The notes below the pieces were generated by a model that was given only the letters and a program-made list of their open reading frames with translations, ran no database searches and was not told where the DNA came from. A program made the translations under genes and the position numbers. Shown one piece after another: positions 9,609 to 19,057 of a stretch of DNA of 32,000 bases (positions are counted from its first letter, which is position 1; each line of letters starts with the position of its first letter). The stretch is from the NCBI GenBank assembly GCA_000175855.1, contig ACYB01000004.1:90001-122000 (forward strand), read 5' to 3'. The stretch is from Raphidiopsis brookii D9 (GTDB lineage Bacteria > Cyanobacteriota > Cyanobacteriia > Cyanobacteriales > Nostocaceae).

Positions 9609-9964
9609 GAAAAAACAAATTGATTCACTCCCATAACGCTGCAGCAACGCAGGAGGTTGAGTGTATTGCGGGTGTTATTGGCATAGTAGTCCAGGGGATG
9701 GGCTACAGATTCTGGAACCACTAAACTAGCTGCAAAATGTAATACTGCACTAAATTTGTGTTGGCTAAATATTTGATAAAGTCTGTCTACATCTGCTAAA
9801 TCGCCAACCACTAGCTCCCCATGAAGTACTGACTCAGGAGTGCCAGTCGAGCAGTTATCATATACTACTATATCGTATCCCGATTCAGCTAACTGAAGCA
9901 CCACATGGGAACCAATGTAGCCTGCACCACCGGTAACTAAAATTTTTGTAGTCATGCACCGCAC
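9609..9964 (-). pseudogene. galE: UDP-glucose 4-epimerase, 3'-truncated at the IS1 junction
   Basis: TTKILVTGGAGYIGSHVVLQLAESGYDIVVYDNCSTG...FVFS, then readthrough into IS1 (ALHNKV*). The expected SxxxVYG catalytic region and C-terminus are absent from the other side of the IS. Confidence 0.85.
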
Positions 9965-11226
9965 TAAGTAGCCGTTACACTTGAAGTCGAATAATCTTTT
10001 GAAGCAGGAATTACCCCAGAAGTAATAGGTAGCAGGCTACGATAGATATTTATCGTATGTTCATTGACCACGGATACCTGGAATTCGGACACTACTTTTC
10101 GTCGGGCTTCTCTTCCAAAACGGAAGGCCAGATCGGGTTGCTCGAGTAGCAAAGTAATAGCTAACTGCAGGGCGATGGCATCGTGTGGGGGAACTAGCAG
10201 ACCACTGCGCCCGTGGTCAACAACATCACGGCAACCAGGTACATTAGTGGTGATGATTGGGCGTTCCATAGCGGCAGCTTCGATTAGGGCGCGTGAAAGA
10301 CCTTCACGCCAAGAAGGTAGTACAACTAAGTCGCATTTTGCATATATCTTGCGCATATCACTTACATGTCCGAGACAATGGATACGGGGATCAGCACGTA
10401 GTTCTGCTAGATCATCCGTGGTGAGGGAGCTAGGATTGCCCCCATCAATGGCACCGGCGATAAGCAGTTCCAGGTTTGCTCCTTGTTTCCAAAGATTCCG
10501 GCATGCGGTTAGTAATTCATTTACGCCCTTTTCGGCAATCAGTCGTGAGGGAAAAAGCAACCGGACTGGGCTGTGAAAGCTTATAGGACAGGCAGGATTT
10601 TGATTTACTCCACTAGTAATGTCCCTGATTATTGCCGATGGGTTAAAGTAATTCACATCTACCCCTGAGCTACGTATCAGTTTCGTACGTCTGCTATCCA
10701 CAATACCCAAATGTGATAAATGGGACTGGTCTTCAGCGTTTTGAAAAATAATTGTAGCACGGCGAGACCTGAATATTAGTTTGTATATAGGTTTTAATGC
10801 AAATCGCAGCAAGCGGCTAATTTTACCAGTATTGATAAATACATGTCCAAGCCCAGTAATGGCATTAATCACATGGATGACACCGGATAACTTAGCAGCA
10901 ATAGTACCATAAAGACAAGCTTTAATAGTAAAATGATGCACTAATTTTGGATGCTCACGTTGGTAGATACGCATGAGATCTACTAAAGTATACAATTCGC
11001 GCAGTGGGTTAATCGACCGGCGGGCAACCTGCCATTGGTGGACTGTGAAGCCTTCAGTCTGAAGTAGATTTGTGTAGGCATCATGGGGTGCTACTGCGGT
11101 TACTAAATAGCCAGCATCCCGTAGATCTCGCATTAAAGGTAGGCGGAAATTATATAGGTACCAGCTAGTGTTGGCAACTAATAGAACTTTTGGGTTAGGC
11201 ATATTAGTGTTTATTAGCTTTGTCAC
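9964..11226 (-). CDS. glycosyltransferase family 4 (GT-B)
   Basis: VLLVANTSWYLYNFRLPLMRDLRDAGY, HHFTIKACLYGTIAAK, LPSWREGLSRALIEAAAMERPIITTNVPGCRDVV. Confidence 0.92.
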   Translation of the reverse strand: MTKLINTNMPNPKVLLVANTSWYLYNFRLPLMRDLRDAGYLVTAVAPHDAYTNLLQTEGFTVHQWQVARRSINPLRELYTLVDLMRIYQREHPKLVHHFTIKACLYGTIAAKLSGVIHVINAITGLGHVFINTGKISRLLRFALKPIYKLIFRSRRATIIFQNAEDQSHLSHLGIVDSRRTKLIRSSGVDVNYFNPSAIIRDITSGVNQNPACPISFHSPVRLLFPSRLIAEKGVNELLTACRNLWKQGANLELLIAGAIDGGNPSSLTTDDLAELRADPRIHCLGHVSDMRKIYAKCDLVVLPSWREGLSRALIEAAAMERPIITTNVPGCRDVVDHGRSGLLVPPHDAIALQLAITLLLEQPDLAFRFGREARRKVVSEFQVSVVNEHTINIYRSLLPITSGVIPASKDYSTSSVTAT

Positions 11227-11249
11227 TCTGGTTGGACGGGGGAGAGAAC

Positions 11250-11363
11250 ATTGACTTCTCCCCGCGCTTTAGCGACGGGGATTCATTAGAATCTTGCTTG
11301 GACAGAGACTTCTTACTCGAAGCCTGCCACAAGCGTACTCTAATTGGCGCAGTCAAAGACGCC
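11250..11363 (-). mobile_element. candidate IS200/IS605-type end remnant with terminal hairpin
   Basis: CCCCGCGCTTTAGCGACGGGG hairpin (11260-11280; single bulged A) next to TTGAC, resembling the subterminal palindromic ends of cyanobacterial IS200/IS605 elements; no ORF remains. Confidence 0.45.
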
Positions 11364-11747
11364 TTACTGACTCCATCTAGAACTGCCGGGATATCTCTCT
11401 ACAAAAGCCATCAACTGACCAATTTGATACGCTGCTTCTCGCATGGCAAAGAGTATCTCGTCAGACCAACGTTCGACCCAAAACTGGTCGTACTTTAAGG
11501 ATTTAAAATCATTTGGAAAAAGAGAAGGCCAGTAGCGATGTAAAGATGAAGCTACGTGATTTGTAAAGAAAAACGAAATATCTGGTCTATTTTGATATAA
11601 TGCGCGCAAGTATATATCAAATGCAATCTGTACCTGAGCTGTTCGGCGTCGAACAAGACGGTCCTTATTGACCCGCTCATTTGCAATTTGCAATGCAAGA
11701 CTTACAACAGTTCGTCTACTAACACCCAAACTATAAGCATTTAGCAA
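11364..11747 (-). pseudogene. fragment of an alkaline-phosphatase/nucleotide-pyrophosphatase-like protein
   Basis: RPDISFFFTNHVASSLHRYWPSLFPNDFKSLKYDQFWVERWSDEILFAMREAAYQIGQLMAFVERYPG, flanked by IS debris on both sides; family assignment from memory of motif style. Confidence 0.4.
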
Positions 11748-11771
11748 AAACCGGGTGGACTCTCTGAGTGG

Positions 11772-12136
11772 GGCATTGCACCTGCACGGGATGATGTATA
11801 ATAAGGGGAAGAATTTTTAGCAGGCGATCGCCGCGAGGAAGAAATCAAGATGAACTGTCCAAACTGTGATTCCAATAATATCAGAAAAAATGGACAGAGA
11901 AGGGGAAAACAAAATTATCAATGCAAGAATTGTGGTCGTCAATTTATTGAATCTTATTCTCCTAGAGGTTATTCCCAAGAAGTGAAGGAAGCATGTTTAA
12001 CCATGTATGTAAATGGGAATGGATTTAGGGCAATTGAAAGAATGACTAAAGTAAATCACAATACAGTCATTCGTTGGGTTAAAAAGCTAGGTCATCAGTT
12101 ACCGGATACTAATAATAATTCCCAAACACCTGAAGT
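11772..12136 (+). mobile_element. truncated IS1-family element (left end plus InsA-like 5' portion)
   Basis: GGCATTGCACCTGCACGGGATGATGTATAATAA end, then MNCPNCDSNNIRKNGQRRGKQNYQCKNCGRQFIESYS...HNTVIRWVKKLGHQLPD...TPEV (11850 onward), where it breaks off. Confidence 0.8.
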
Positions 12137-12212
12137 GGCGTTGCATTTGCACGGGATGATGTGTAATAAGGGTAGGAGAAAGTCTCAAATTATTTCGCAA
12201 AGACGCAACGCC
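12137..12212. repeat. 76-bp sequence bounded by 8-bp inverted repeats GGCGTTGC...GCAACGCC (MITE-like or fused IS1 ends)
   Basis: Left part GGCGTTGCATTTGCACGGGATGATGTGTAATAAGGG repeats the IS1-type left end at 11772; right part ends GACGCAACGCC, two bp before the stop codon of the 12215..13507 gene. Confidence 0.6.
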
Positions 12213-12214
12213 CC

Positions 12215-13507
12215 CTATAAGCTCCAATAAGTAATTGGATGAGGAATGTCTGCTGGGTCTAGAACTGACTTAACATCCACAAGTACGCCATTTTCCTTCA
12301 GACAACCTATTAGATCTTTCAGAGATAGGTCAAGGTAGAATTGATGGTTTACCCCTAAAATAAGTCCATCTAGGTTAGATAACTCCTCCCATGTCACTAA
12401 TTCAACTTCGTACTCTCTCCGTGCCTCTTGCACATCAGCCAAGGGATCATGAACTAGTGGATTAATGCCGAACTCCCGCAACTCCTTGACGATATCCGGT
12501 ATACGACTATTCCTCAAATCGGGAACGTTCTCCTTAAACGTTAACCCTAAAATGCCAATGCGACTATTCTGGATTGGTATTTTCGCTTGTGCAAGCAGTT
12601 TTAACAAACGCTGGGCTATGTATCTGCCCATGCTATCATTTATCCGCCGCCCCGCTAAAATTACTTGCGGGTGGTAACCTAATACTTCAGCCTTGGTGGT
12701 CAAGTAATAGGGATCAACTCCTATACAATGACCTCCAACTAAACCGGGAGTAAAGGGGAGAAAATTCCATTTGGTTCTGGCAGCTTGAATAACGTCGTGT
12801 GTTCGAATACCCATGCGATCGCATATTAAAGCTAGTTCGTTCATGAAAGCAATGTTTAAGTCACGTTGAGTATTTTCAATTACTTTAGCCATTTCAGCTA
12901 CTTTAATTGAAGGAGCGCGATGAACACCTGCGATAATGATTTGACTATAAACTGCAGCAACACGTTCTAGTGTATTTTGATCTTCTCCTGCTACTACTTT
13001 AGTAATTTTGTCGAGGGTGTGGAGTTTATCACCGGGGTTAATTCTTTCGGGAGAATAACCCAGTTTGAAGTCCACCCCCTGTTGCAAACCTGAAATTTGG
13101 GCGATGACTGGTCCGCAAATTTCCTCGGTCACCCCAGGATAAACTGTAGACTCATAAACTACCACAGAACCTGGCTGAATGACTTTACCAATAGTTTGGG
13201 AAGCTTTAATTAAGGGAGTAAGATTAGGCTGATGGTTTTCATCTATGGGGGTGGGAACACAGATAATGAAAAAGTTCCTATCTTCCAGAGACTTCGAGTT
13301 ATCAGTGAAATGTAGAGATGTTTGGGTAAGTCTATCTCTTTCAACCTCTTTTGTGGAGTCGATTCCTGCCATAAGATCATCGAGGCGCTGACGGTTGATA
13401 TCAAAACCTACCACATCAGAAAATTTTTCACTCAGGGCTAAGGCCACGGGAAGTCCTACATAACCTAGTCCTAATACCGCAATACGATAATTGTTATCCA
13501 AATTCAT
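12215..13507 (-). CDS. nucleotide sugar dehydrogenase (TviB/WbpO-like UDP-HexNAc 6-dehydrogenase)
   Basis: IAVLGLGYVGLPVALALSEKF, TVYPGVTEEIC, GYSPERINPGD, PGLVGGHCIGVDPYYLTTKAE motifs. Confidence 0.9.
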   Translation of the reverse strand: MNLDNNYRIAVLGLGYVGLPVALALSEKFSDVVGFDINRQRLDDLMAGIDSTKEVERDRLTQTSLHFTDNSKSLEDRNFFIICVPTPIDENHQPNLTPLIKASQTIGKVIQPGSVVVYESTVYPGVTEEICGPVIAQISGLQQGVDFKLGYSPERINPGDKLHTLDKITKVVAGEDQNTLERVAAVYSQIIIAGVHRAPSIKVAEMAKVIENTQRDLNIAFMNELALICDRMGIRTHDVIQAARTKWNFLPFTPGLVGGHCIGVDPYYLTTKAEVLGYHPQVILAGRRINDSMGRYIAQRLLKLLAQAKIPIQNSRIGILGLTFKENVPDLRNSRIPDIVKELREFGINPLVHDPLADVQEARREYEVELVTWEELSNLDGLILGVNHQFYLDLSLKDLIGCLKENGVLVDVKSVLDPADIPHPITYWSL

Positions 13508-13545
13508 AAAAATATAACGTTTAGACTCTATTCAGATACTTCTAT

Positions 13546-15471
13546 TCAAATACCGTCATACCACATTTGAAATACAAGTATATTCCATAAATAATGTTGC
13601 CAATTCCGACCCCCGGATAAATGCTCTTCCCACTTTTGGCGAATAGTTTTGGTGTGAAAAAAACCGTCTTGACTCAAACGATGGGAGCTTAATAAGTCCT
13701 CAGCCCAATCTCGTAAATCATTACGTAGCCAACTTTCTAGCGGAACTCCAAAACCAGTCTTAGGCCACTCAATTAAATGGGGAGGGACGTACTTATAAAG
13801 AACCTGACGAAGAATCCACTTGGTTTTATCCCCACGGATTTTCCACTCTAAGGGTAGTGTGCTAGAAAATTCTACCACTCGATGATCTAAAAAGGGAACA
13901 CGAGTTTCCAAGCTTGCTCCCATGGCTGCTCTGTCTACTTTGGTCAATATATCTCCCGGTAAGTAGCTAGTAGCATCCATAGCCATCATCCATTCTGGAT
14001 ATGCCAGAAACTCATCTGAGAACACAGGGTTTGTACTTATATCAACAGCACCTATAACTACATCTATGTCATCATAAGAGCACAGTTTCCGGTATAGATC
14101 AGCTTGATTTTTAAAGGACAGTACTCGTGCCAGTTTATGAATTTTGTCACCAGGCAGTCTTTGTTTGAGGTTGTTGGGTAAAAAGGTACTGAGTTTATGA
14201 AACAAACTATCATAAGTGTCAGTGGAAACACTGGTCATGACACTAGCGCTTATTTTTCTAATGGTCTCGGGCAGCCAGCCCATGCGCTCTGAAATTAGAC
14301 TAGCCCAGACGTAACGGTTATAGCCACCAAATAACTCATCTCCACCATCACCGGACAAGCTAACAGTAACTTGTTGGCGAGCTAGTTGGGAGAGGAGGAA
14401 GGTAGGAATTTGGGAGGAATCAGAAAAGGGCTCATCGTAGAGAATCGGCAACTTAGGTATAACAGACTGGGTTTCCTTTGTAGTAACATACAACTCGGTG
14501 TGATCTGTCCCCAGATGTTCGGCTACGGCTTTGGCCTTATTTGCTTCGTTGTAAGCAGACTCATTAAATCCAATAGTAAAAGTTTTTACAGGTTGGCTAC
14601 TTTGGGACTGCATTAAAGCTACAACCGTAGAAGAGTCTATACCGCCCGATAAAAAAGCTCCTAAAGGGACATCTGCAAGCATCTGTCCTTTTATAGACTC
14701 TTTGAGTAAACTATCTAATTCGTTAATGGCTGCTACTTTATCGCCATGAAATGGTTGGGCTTTTCCCCGCTCTACTGCTGATAAAAAAGACCAATAGGGT
14801 TGAGGTTTAGGTTTATCCCTTGGGGAAGTCAGTATCAGAAGGTTTCCTGGTAGGAGTTTGTGTATACCTACATAAATGCAATGGGGATCAGGAATGTAGT
14901 TGTACCGCAAGAACAGAGTCAGAACATTACGGTCAATTTCGCCCTCCCAATGGGGATGAACTGTGAGAGATTTTAGTTCCGATCCGAAGAGAAAAGTAGG
15001 GCCCATCCACCCATAGTACAGGGGGTTTTCACCCAATCTATCTCGTCCCAGCGTTAAAGTTTGCTCTTGTCTATCCCAAACGGCAAAAGCGAACATACCC
15101 ACAAATTTTTCTACAGCTCGTCGAACTCCCCATTCACAGAATGCTGCTAACATAACCTCTGTATCAGAGTTACCTTTAAAGGTGTGATACAGAGCGATTA
15201 GTTGTTGGCGCAGGTCTGAAAAGTTATAAATCTCACCGTTGAACACCAAAACATAACGACCATTAGCTGACTGCATGGGTTGGTGCCCTTGTGGAGAAAG
15301 ATCAACTATAGACAAGCGGCGATGTCCTAAAGCTAGACCTGCCGATTTATCGATCCACGTTCCCCCATCATCGGGTCCACGGTGGTGGAGTGTGGTAGAC
15401 ATTTGTTGGACAATCGCTCCCATGTCCTCGATATTAATTGAGCCACTCCAATATCCTGTAATACCACACAT
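13546..15471 (-). CDS. asnB: asparagine synthase (glutamine-hydrolysing)-like amidotransferase
   Basis: MCGITGYW N-terminal nucleophile Cys; [15 protein letters not shown]; [21 protein letters not shown]-loop; [17 protein letters not shown]. Confidence 0.93.
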   Translation of the reverse strand: MCGITGYWSGSINIEDMGAIVQQMSTTLHHRGPDDGGTWIDKSAGLALGHRRLSIVDLSPQGHQPMQSANGRYVLVFNGEIYNFSDLRQQLIALYHTFKGNSDTEVMLAAFCEWGVRRAVEKFVGMFAFAVWDRQEQTLTLGRDRLGENPLYYGWMGPTFLFGSELKSLTVHPHWEGEIDRNVLTLFLRYNYIPDPHCIYVGIHKLLPGNLLILTSPRDKPKPQPYWSFLSAVERGKAQPFHGDKVAAINELDSLLKESIKGQMLADVPLGAFLSGGIDSSTVVALMQSQSSQPVKTFTIGFNESAYNEANKAKAVAEHLGTDHTELYVTTKETQSVIPKLPILYDEPFSDSSQIPTFLLSQLARQQVTVSLSGDGGDELFGGYNRYVWASLISERMGWLPETIRKISASVMTSVSTDTYDSLFHKLSTFLPNNLKQRLPGDKIHKLARVLSFKNQADLYRKLCSYDDIDVVIGAVDISTNPVFSDEFLAYPEWMMAMDATSYLPGDILTKVDRAAMGASLETRVPFLDHRVVEFSSTLPLEWKIRGDKTKWILRQVLYKYVPPHLIEWPKTGFGVPLESWLRNDLRDWAEDLLSSHRLSQDGFFHTKTIRQKWEEHLSGGRNWQHYLWNILVFQMWYDGI

Positions 15472-15568
15472 GTAAAAACTTCGCTCCGATGAGATCCTAT
15501 CAAAAAATGAGCCTAGCTACCTTAACAAATCTATAAAATCTAGGCAAAGATCTAGTTTTAGAAAAAGT

Positions 15569-16438
15569 TTATTGTTTATAACCCAACGCACACCAGTATG
15601 GTGAAGAATTGCTGAAGCTTATTTTCTCTAATCCAGAATTTTCTAGCATGGTTTGAATTTCAAGACGTGAGAAACGTTTTTCTAATCTTGTTCCAAATCT
15701 ATCCAAGGCATCATTACGCAGTACGTAAAAGGTTCTATGACGATAGGCAGACAGTGGTATTAGTTTTACATCAACACCTATTTTTTCTAGCAGAAGGGAT
15801 AACCTGCTCATTGGCCAGTAAACTAACAAAGCTATGATTTGACTGAACCAATATTTGGGAGCATTTGGCAAATCAGAAATAAAACTCCTTGCGATTTCCG
15901 TAGTTTTCCAGACTTTCCGATACCACCATGGTCGATTATCAAATGAGTAGTACAGATAAATTAAAAATGGAGCGTTTTTCTTCAACTTCATTACGCATGC
16001 ACGTATACCACTTTGAGTGTCTGGAATATGATGCAGAACACCTAACGAGTAACCAAAATCAGCCGATTCATTTTCGAGGGGAATTTCATCGACACCAGCT
16101 AAATGAAATACACAATTTTGAAATCCGGCGAGGTTTTTCCGAGCGACGTTTAAAGCCTTAGTGCTAGGGTCAATTAAATGTAATTTACCGACATTGGGGG
16201 CAACTAACTTAGCCCAACGTCCACTACCGCAACCTAAATCAAATCCCACAGCATCACCCGCTAACTTTTCCCACGGGAAAATTCTAAAATAATCACTAAA
16301 CATTTCCTGAAGTTCAGTGTCAGACAAGTTGGAATAATCAAAACGACTCCACTCATTGCCAAATCCCTCGACCACTTCAAGATCAATATTAGTTTGAAAT
16401 GGATCTTCCACTGTGTCAGAATTCTCACTTAAGATCAT
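15569..16438 (-). CDS. class I SAM-dependent methyltransferase
   Basis: VGFDLGCGSGRWAKLVAPNVGKLHLIDPS and YSLGVLHHIPDT motifs. Confidence 0.88.
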   Translation of the reverse strand: MILSENSDTVEDPFQTNIDLEVVEGFGNEWSRFDYSNLSDTELQEMFSDYFRIFPWEKLAGDAVGFDLGCGSGRWAKLVAPNVGKLHLIDPSTKALNVARKNLAGFQNCVFHLAGVDEIPLENESADFGYSLGVLHHIPDTQSGIRACVMKLKKNAPFLIYLYYSFDNRPWWYRKVWKTTEIARSFISDLPNAPKYWFSQIIALLVYWPMSRLSLLLEKIGVDVKLIPLSAYRHRTFYVLRNDALDRFGTRLEKRFSRLEIQTMLENSGLEKISFSNSSPYWCALGYKQ

Positions 16439-17639
16439 AACTTTTATTCGGCGAAAGGACTAAAGAAGCAAACAGTACCTGTCCAGTAAGAGAAAAAATC
16501 GTACCGTAGTGGAGAGAAGAAAAACTCAAGGCTAGAAAATAAGGCCTGTATTTTCTACCACATTGGTTCCATGCCGTGAAGAAAACCAGCATGGCTAAAA
16601 TAATCCCAAAATTATCTATCATTGAAAGCACTAAGAAGTCACCACCGTAAATAAATCCGGTCTCGTATGGTGATCCTAAAACAAGATCATATACGTTATT
16701 AACCCGATCAAAAAATTGGTTGAGTTTTAAATCAAAGATAAAACTTAAGTAGTTGCTGTCTAGCTTCGAAAAATAAATGCCTCCTAAAGAAAATGATGCA
16801 AAGGCGATTAAAGAGAGAGTTAAGAGTATTTTTACATATTTACTCCTAAGTATGAACAGATATGGTGATAATCTGAGAAATAGTAGAAAACCTGTAGTAA
16901 TAAAACCTGTAGCAGAACCAGAGTACAAAAGAGTCACTCCACTAAGAATAGATAATAAAAGTATCTCTCTTTTCTTACTTCGTAATTCGAACTTGCCGAA
17001 AATAAGATCAGGGTCTAATAGCAGCATCAGGGTTAAAACACCTGCGTAAGTTCCATTGATAGAGGAGTTGATAAATGGACCAAGAAGCCTCAAATTACCG
17101 TACGTAAATTCTGCACGAGAAAAGGACTCAATATCAGAATTTGACAGGTAACTCTTAATATAAGGGGGCTGATCATTCAGAAAAATTAGAAAACAAAGTT
17201 CAATCAAAGACCAAGCTATAAACGAATAAGAGAAGTAGCGAAGTTTTACTGTGGAATTGGCGAAAAAGAAACTAATCAAAAGAAAACCTGTAAAAAATCG
17301 AATTAGATTCAGGACATCACCTGAAGGAAAATCTCTAAGGTTTAAAGACAGCGCCGCCAAGGAAATAAGAGCTAGAGGTGCTACAGTGTATTTGTAGCTT
17401 AATAATTTTATTCTCTTTGAAAACACGAGAGAAATTACAATAACTAAAGGGTAGCAAACAACCTGCATCCCCAATTGTTGGCAGCCAACTATCAGAAAAC
17501 ATAGGGAGAATTGGGCCAATCCCTGTAATACGTTTAAACGTTGGTTTATAGGAGAGGCATCCAATAAGTTAGTAGAAAGGACGTTGACATGACTAGATAA
17601 ACTTGGATTTTGGTTTTTAGTCATAAAAAGGCATTGCAT
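16425..17639 (-). CDS. multi-span membrane protein, O-antigen polymerase (Wzy-like)
   Basis: Strongly hydrophobic 404-aa protein inside a polysaccharide cluster; overlaps the adjacent MTase gene by 14 nt. Confidence 0.65.
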   Translation of the reverse strand: MQCLFMTKNQNPSLSSHVNVLSTNLLDASPINQRLNVLQGLAQFSLCFLIVGCQQLGMQVVCYPLVIVISLVFSKRIKLLSYKYTVAPLALISLAALSLNLRDFPSGDVLNLIRFFTGFLLISFFFANSTVKLRYFSYSFIAWSLIELCFLIFLNDQPPYIKSYLSNSDIESFSRAEFTYGNLRLLGPFINSSINGTYAGVLTLMLLLDPDLIFGKFELRSKKREILLLSILSGVTLLYSGSATGFITTGFLLFLRLSPYLFILRSKYVKILLTLSLIAFASFSLGGIYFSKLDSNYLSFIFDLKLNQFFDRVNNVYDLVLGSPYETGFIYGGDFLVLSMIDNFGIILAMLVFFTAWNQCGRKYRPYFLALSFSSLHYGTIFSLTGQVLFASLVLSPNKSYDLK

Positions 17640-17878
17640 TCGCGCGACAGCTTATAACAAGCGAAGCAGAAGTGTTGAATGTTAAGAAATCTGTGATAAA
17701 AACAGCCCAAAATATATTAAAATTTGAGCAAGCTATATCAAAATATAGATTTGATCATGATTATAAATTCATTTCCCAAGATTGTCAAAGACATCCTCAA
17801 ATCCTTGCCAAAAAATGATTATCCGGTTTTGAACACCCGTCTTTACGTTTTAAGAATAATTGGAAACTAGGATTTGAA

Positions 17879-17941
17879 GCGGCGATCGCCTGCTAAAAAT
17901 TCTTCCTCTTATTATACATCATCCCGTGCAGGTGCAACGCC
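17879..17941 (-). repeat. solo IS1-type left-end sequence (about 62 bp)
   Basis: Reverse complement GGCGTTGCACCTGCACGGGATGATGTATAATAAGAGGAAGAATTTTTAGCAGGCGATCGCCGC nearly identical to 11772-11834; homology then stops and no transposase follows. Confidence 0.8.
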
Positions 17942-18037
17942 CCAAACTTACTTCTCTCGGTCGTATTAACAATGGTTCTACAGCCGTTTTACCCTCGTAA
18001 TTTGGCTAAGGTATTGTAAATATACTGGGTTTCCTCC

Positions 18038-18973
18038 CTAAGGTAAGTCTTTCACTAACAATGATTTACAGCTGTCTACAACCATACCCAAAAATTTCCG
18101 ACAGAAAAGCAACAAGAAAATACGCGGGAACTTCAGGAATGAAGCCAGCAAAATAATCAAGCCTTCAATAATCCTCTTCCCTTGAAACATTAAATTTACC
18201 TGGCCCCTTAAAATGGAAAATGAGACGCGCGAATGCATACTAATAGGCACAATATCTGATTTATCAAGTGCCTCTTTCAACCAAAGTTGCATCTCACTAA
18301 TATTTAAATCTGTCTTTGTAACAGAAAGATTAGTCCCGGTTTTTCTATAGTGGGCTACTGGCTCTTGAACACAATCAATCTTGCACTTGGATGCAAGACG
18401 AATAACTAGGTCATAGTCACCAATATAATTGAATCTCTTATCAAAAATGTATGGCAGAGTGTCCAATGTCTGTTTACGAATTACAATTGTTAAAATACCA
18501 ACCGTATAACTCTCCAGTAGGTCGTTTTGTATATTTCCTCTTGGAAGTGGCATTTTGAATGCGATCTTTTTGCGACCTTTTTTTTGATTTTCAATCCAAA
18601 AATTTCCGTACACTAAACCAACTTCAGGATCGTTGAATAAAGGAATCTGTTTTTCTAATTTATCCTGTTCCCACCAATCATCCACATCCAAAAATGCAAT
18701 GAACTCCCCCATGGCATTCTCAAGAGCAAAATTTCGAGCCTCGTAAAGAGGTGTATGTTTTGAAGAATAGAAATACTTCAATTTGTTCGAATTGTAACTC
18801 TTGAGTATCCTTTCACTTCCATCCGTAGACTGATTATCCCAGAAGATAAGCTCCCAGTTTTTATAGGTTTGATTCAAAACACTCTCAATAGCTTCTTTTA
18901 GATATTCCTCTCCATTAAAGCAATTCATTATAACACTTACTAATGGACATGAGTTTGTACTAGGATTAGTCAT
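18038..18973 (-). CDS. glycosyltransferase family 2 (paralog of 19904..20866)
   Basis: PLVSVIMNCFNGEEYLKEAIESVLNQTY, FLDVDDWWEQDKLEKQI. Confidence 0.92.
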   Translation of the reverse strand: MTNPSTNSCPLVSVIMNCFNGEEYLKEAIESVLNQTYKNWELIFWDNQSTDGSERILKSYNSNKLKYFYSSKHTPLYEARNFALENAMGEFIAFLDVDDWWEQDKLEKQIPLFNDPEVGLVYGNFWIENQKKGRKKIAFKMPLPRGNIQNDLLESYTVGILTIVIRKQTLDTLPYIFDKRFNYIGDYDLVIRLASKCKIDCVQEPVAHYRKTGTNLSVTKTDLNISEMQLWLKEALDKSDIVPISMHSRVSFSILRGQVNLMFQGKRIIEGLIILLASFLKFPRIFLLLFCRKFLGMVVDSCKSLLVKDLP

Positions 18974-19057
18974 TTGTATATAGTACCTCAGTTTGAAGTT
19001 ACATTATCCATGCTAAAAAACTACCCTCTGTTTATAACAGCAGGATAATGTGTCGGT

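Noticed and set aside
10064-10576. Plus-strand ORF of 170 aa
   Set aside because: Antisense to the GT4 gene; Arg/Ser-rich translation typical of a reverse frame.
11220-11498. Plus-strand ORF of 92 aa overlapping the IS debris
   Set aside because: Covers the hairpin and the antisense side of the phosphatase-like fragment; no independent coding evidence.
12137-12230. C-terminal part of ORF 11850..12230 as genuine protein
   Set aside because: ALHLHGMMCNKGRRKSQ... is translation of the 76-bp repeat and flank after the IS1 ORF breaks, not transposase sequence.
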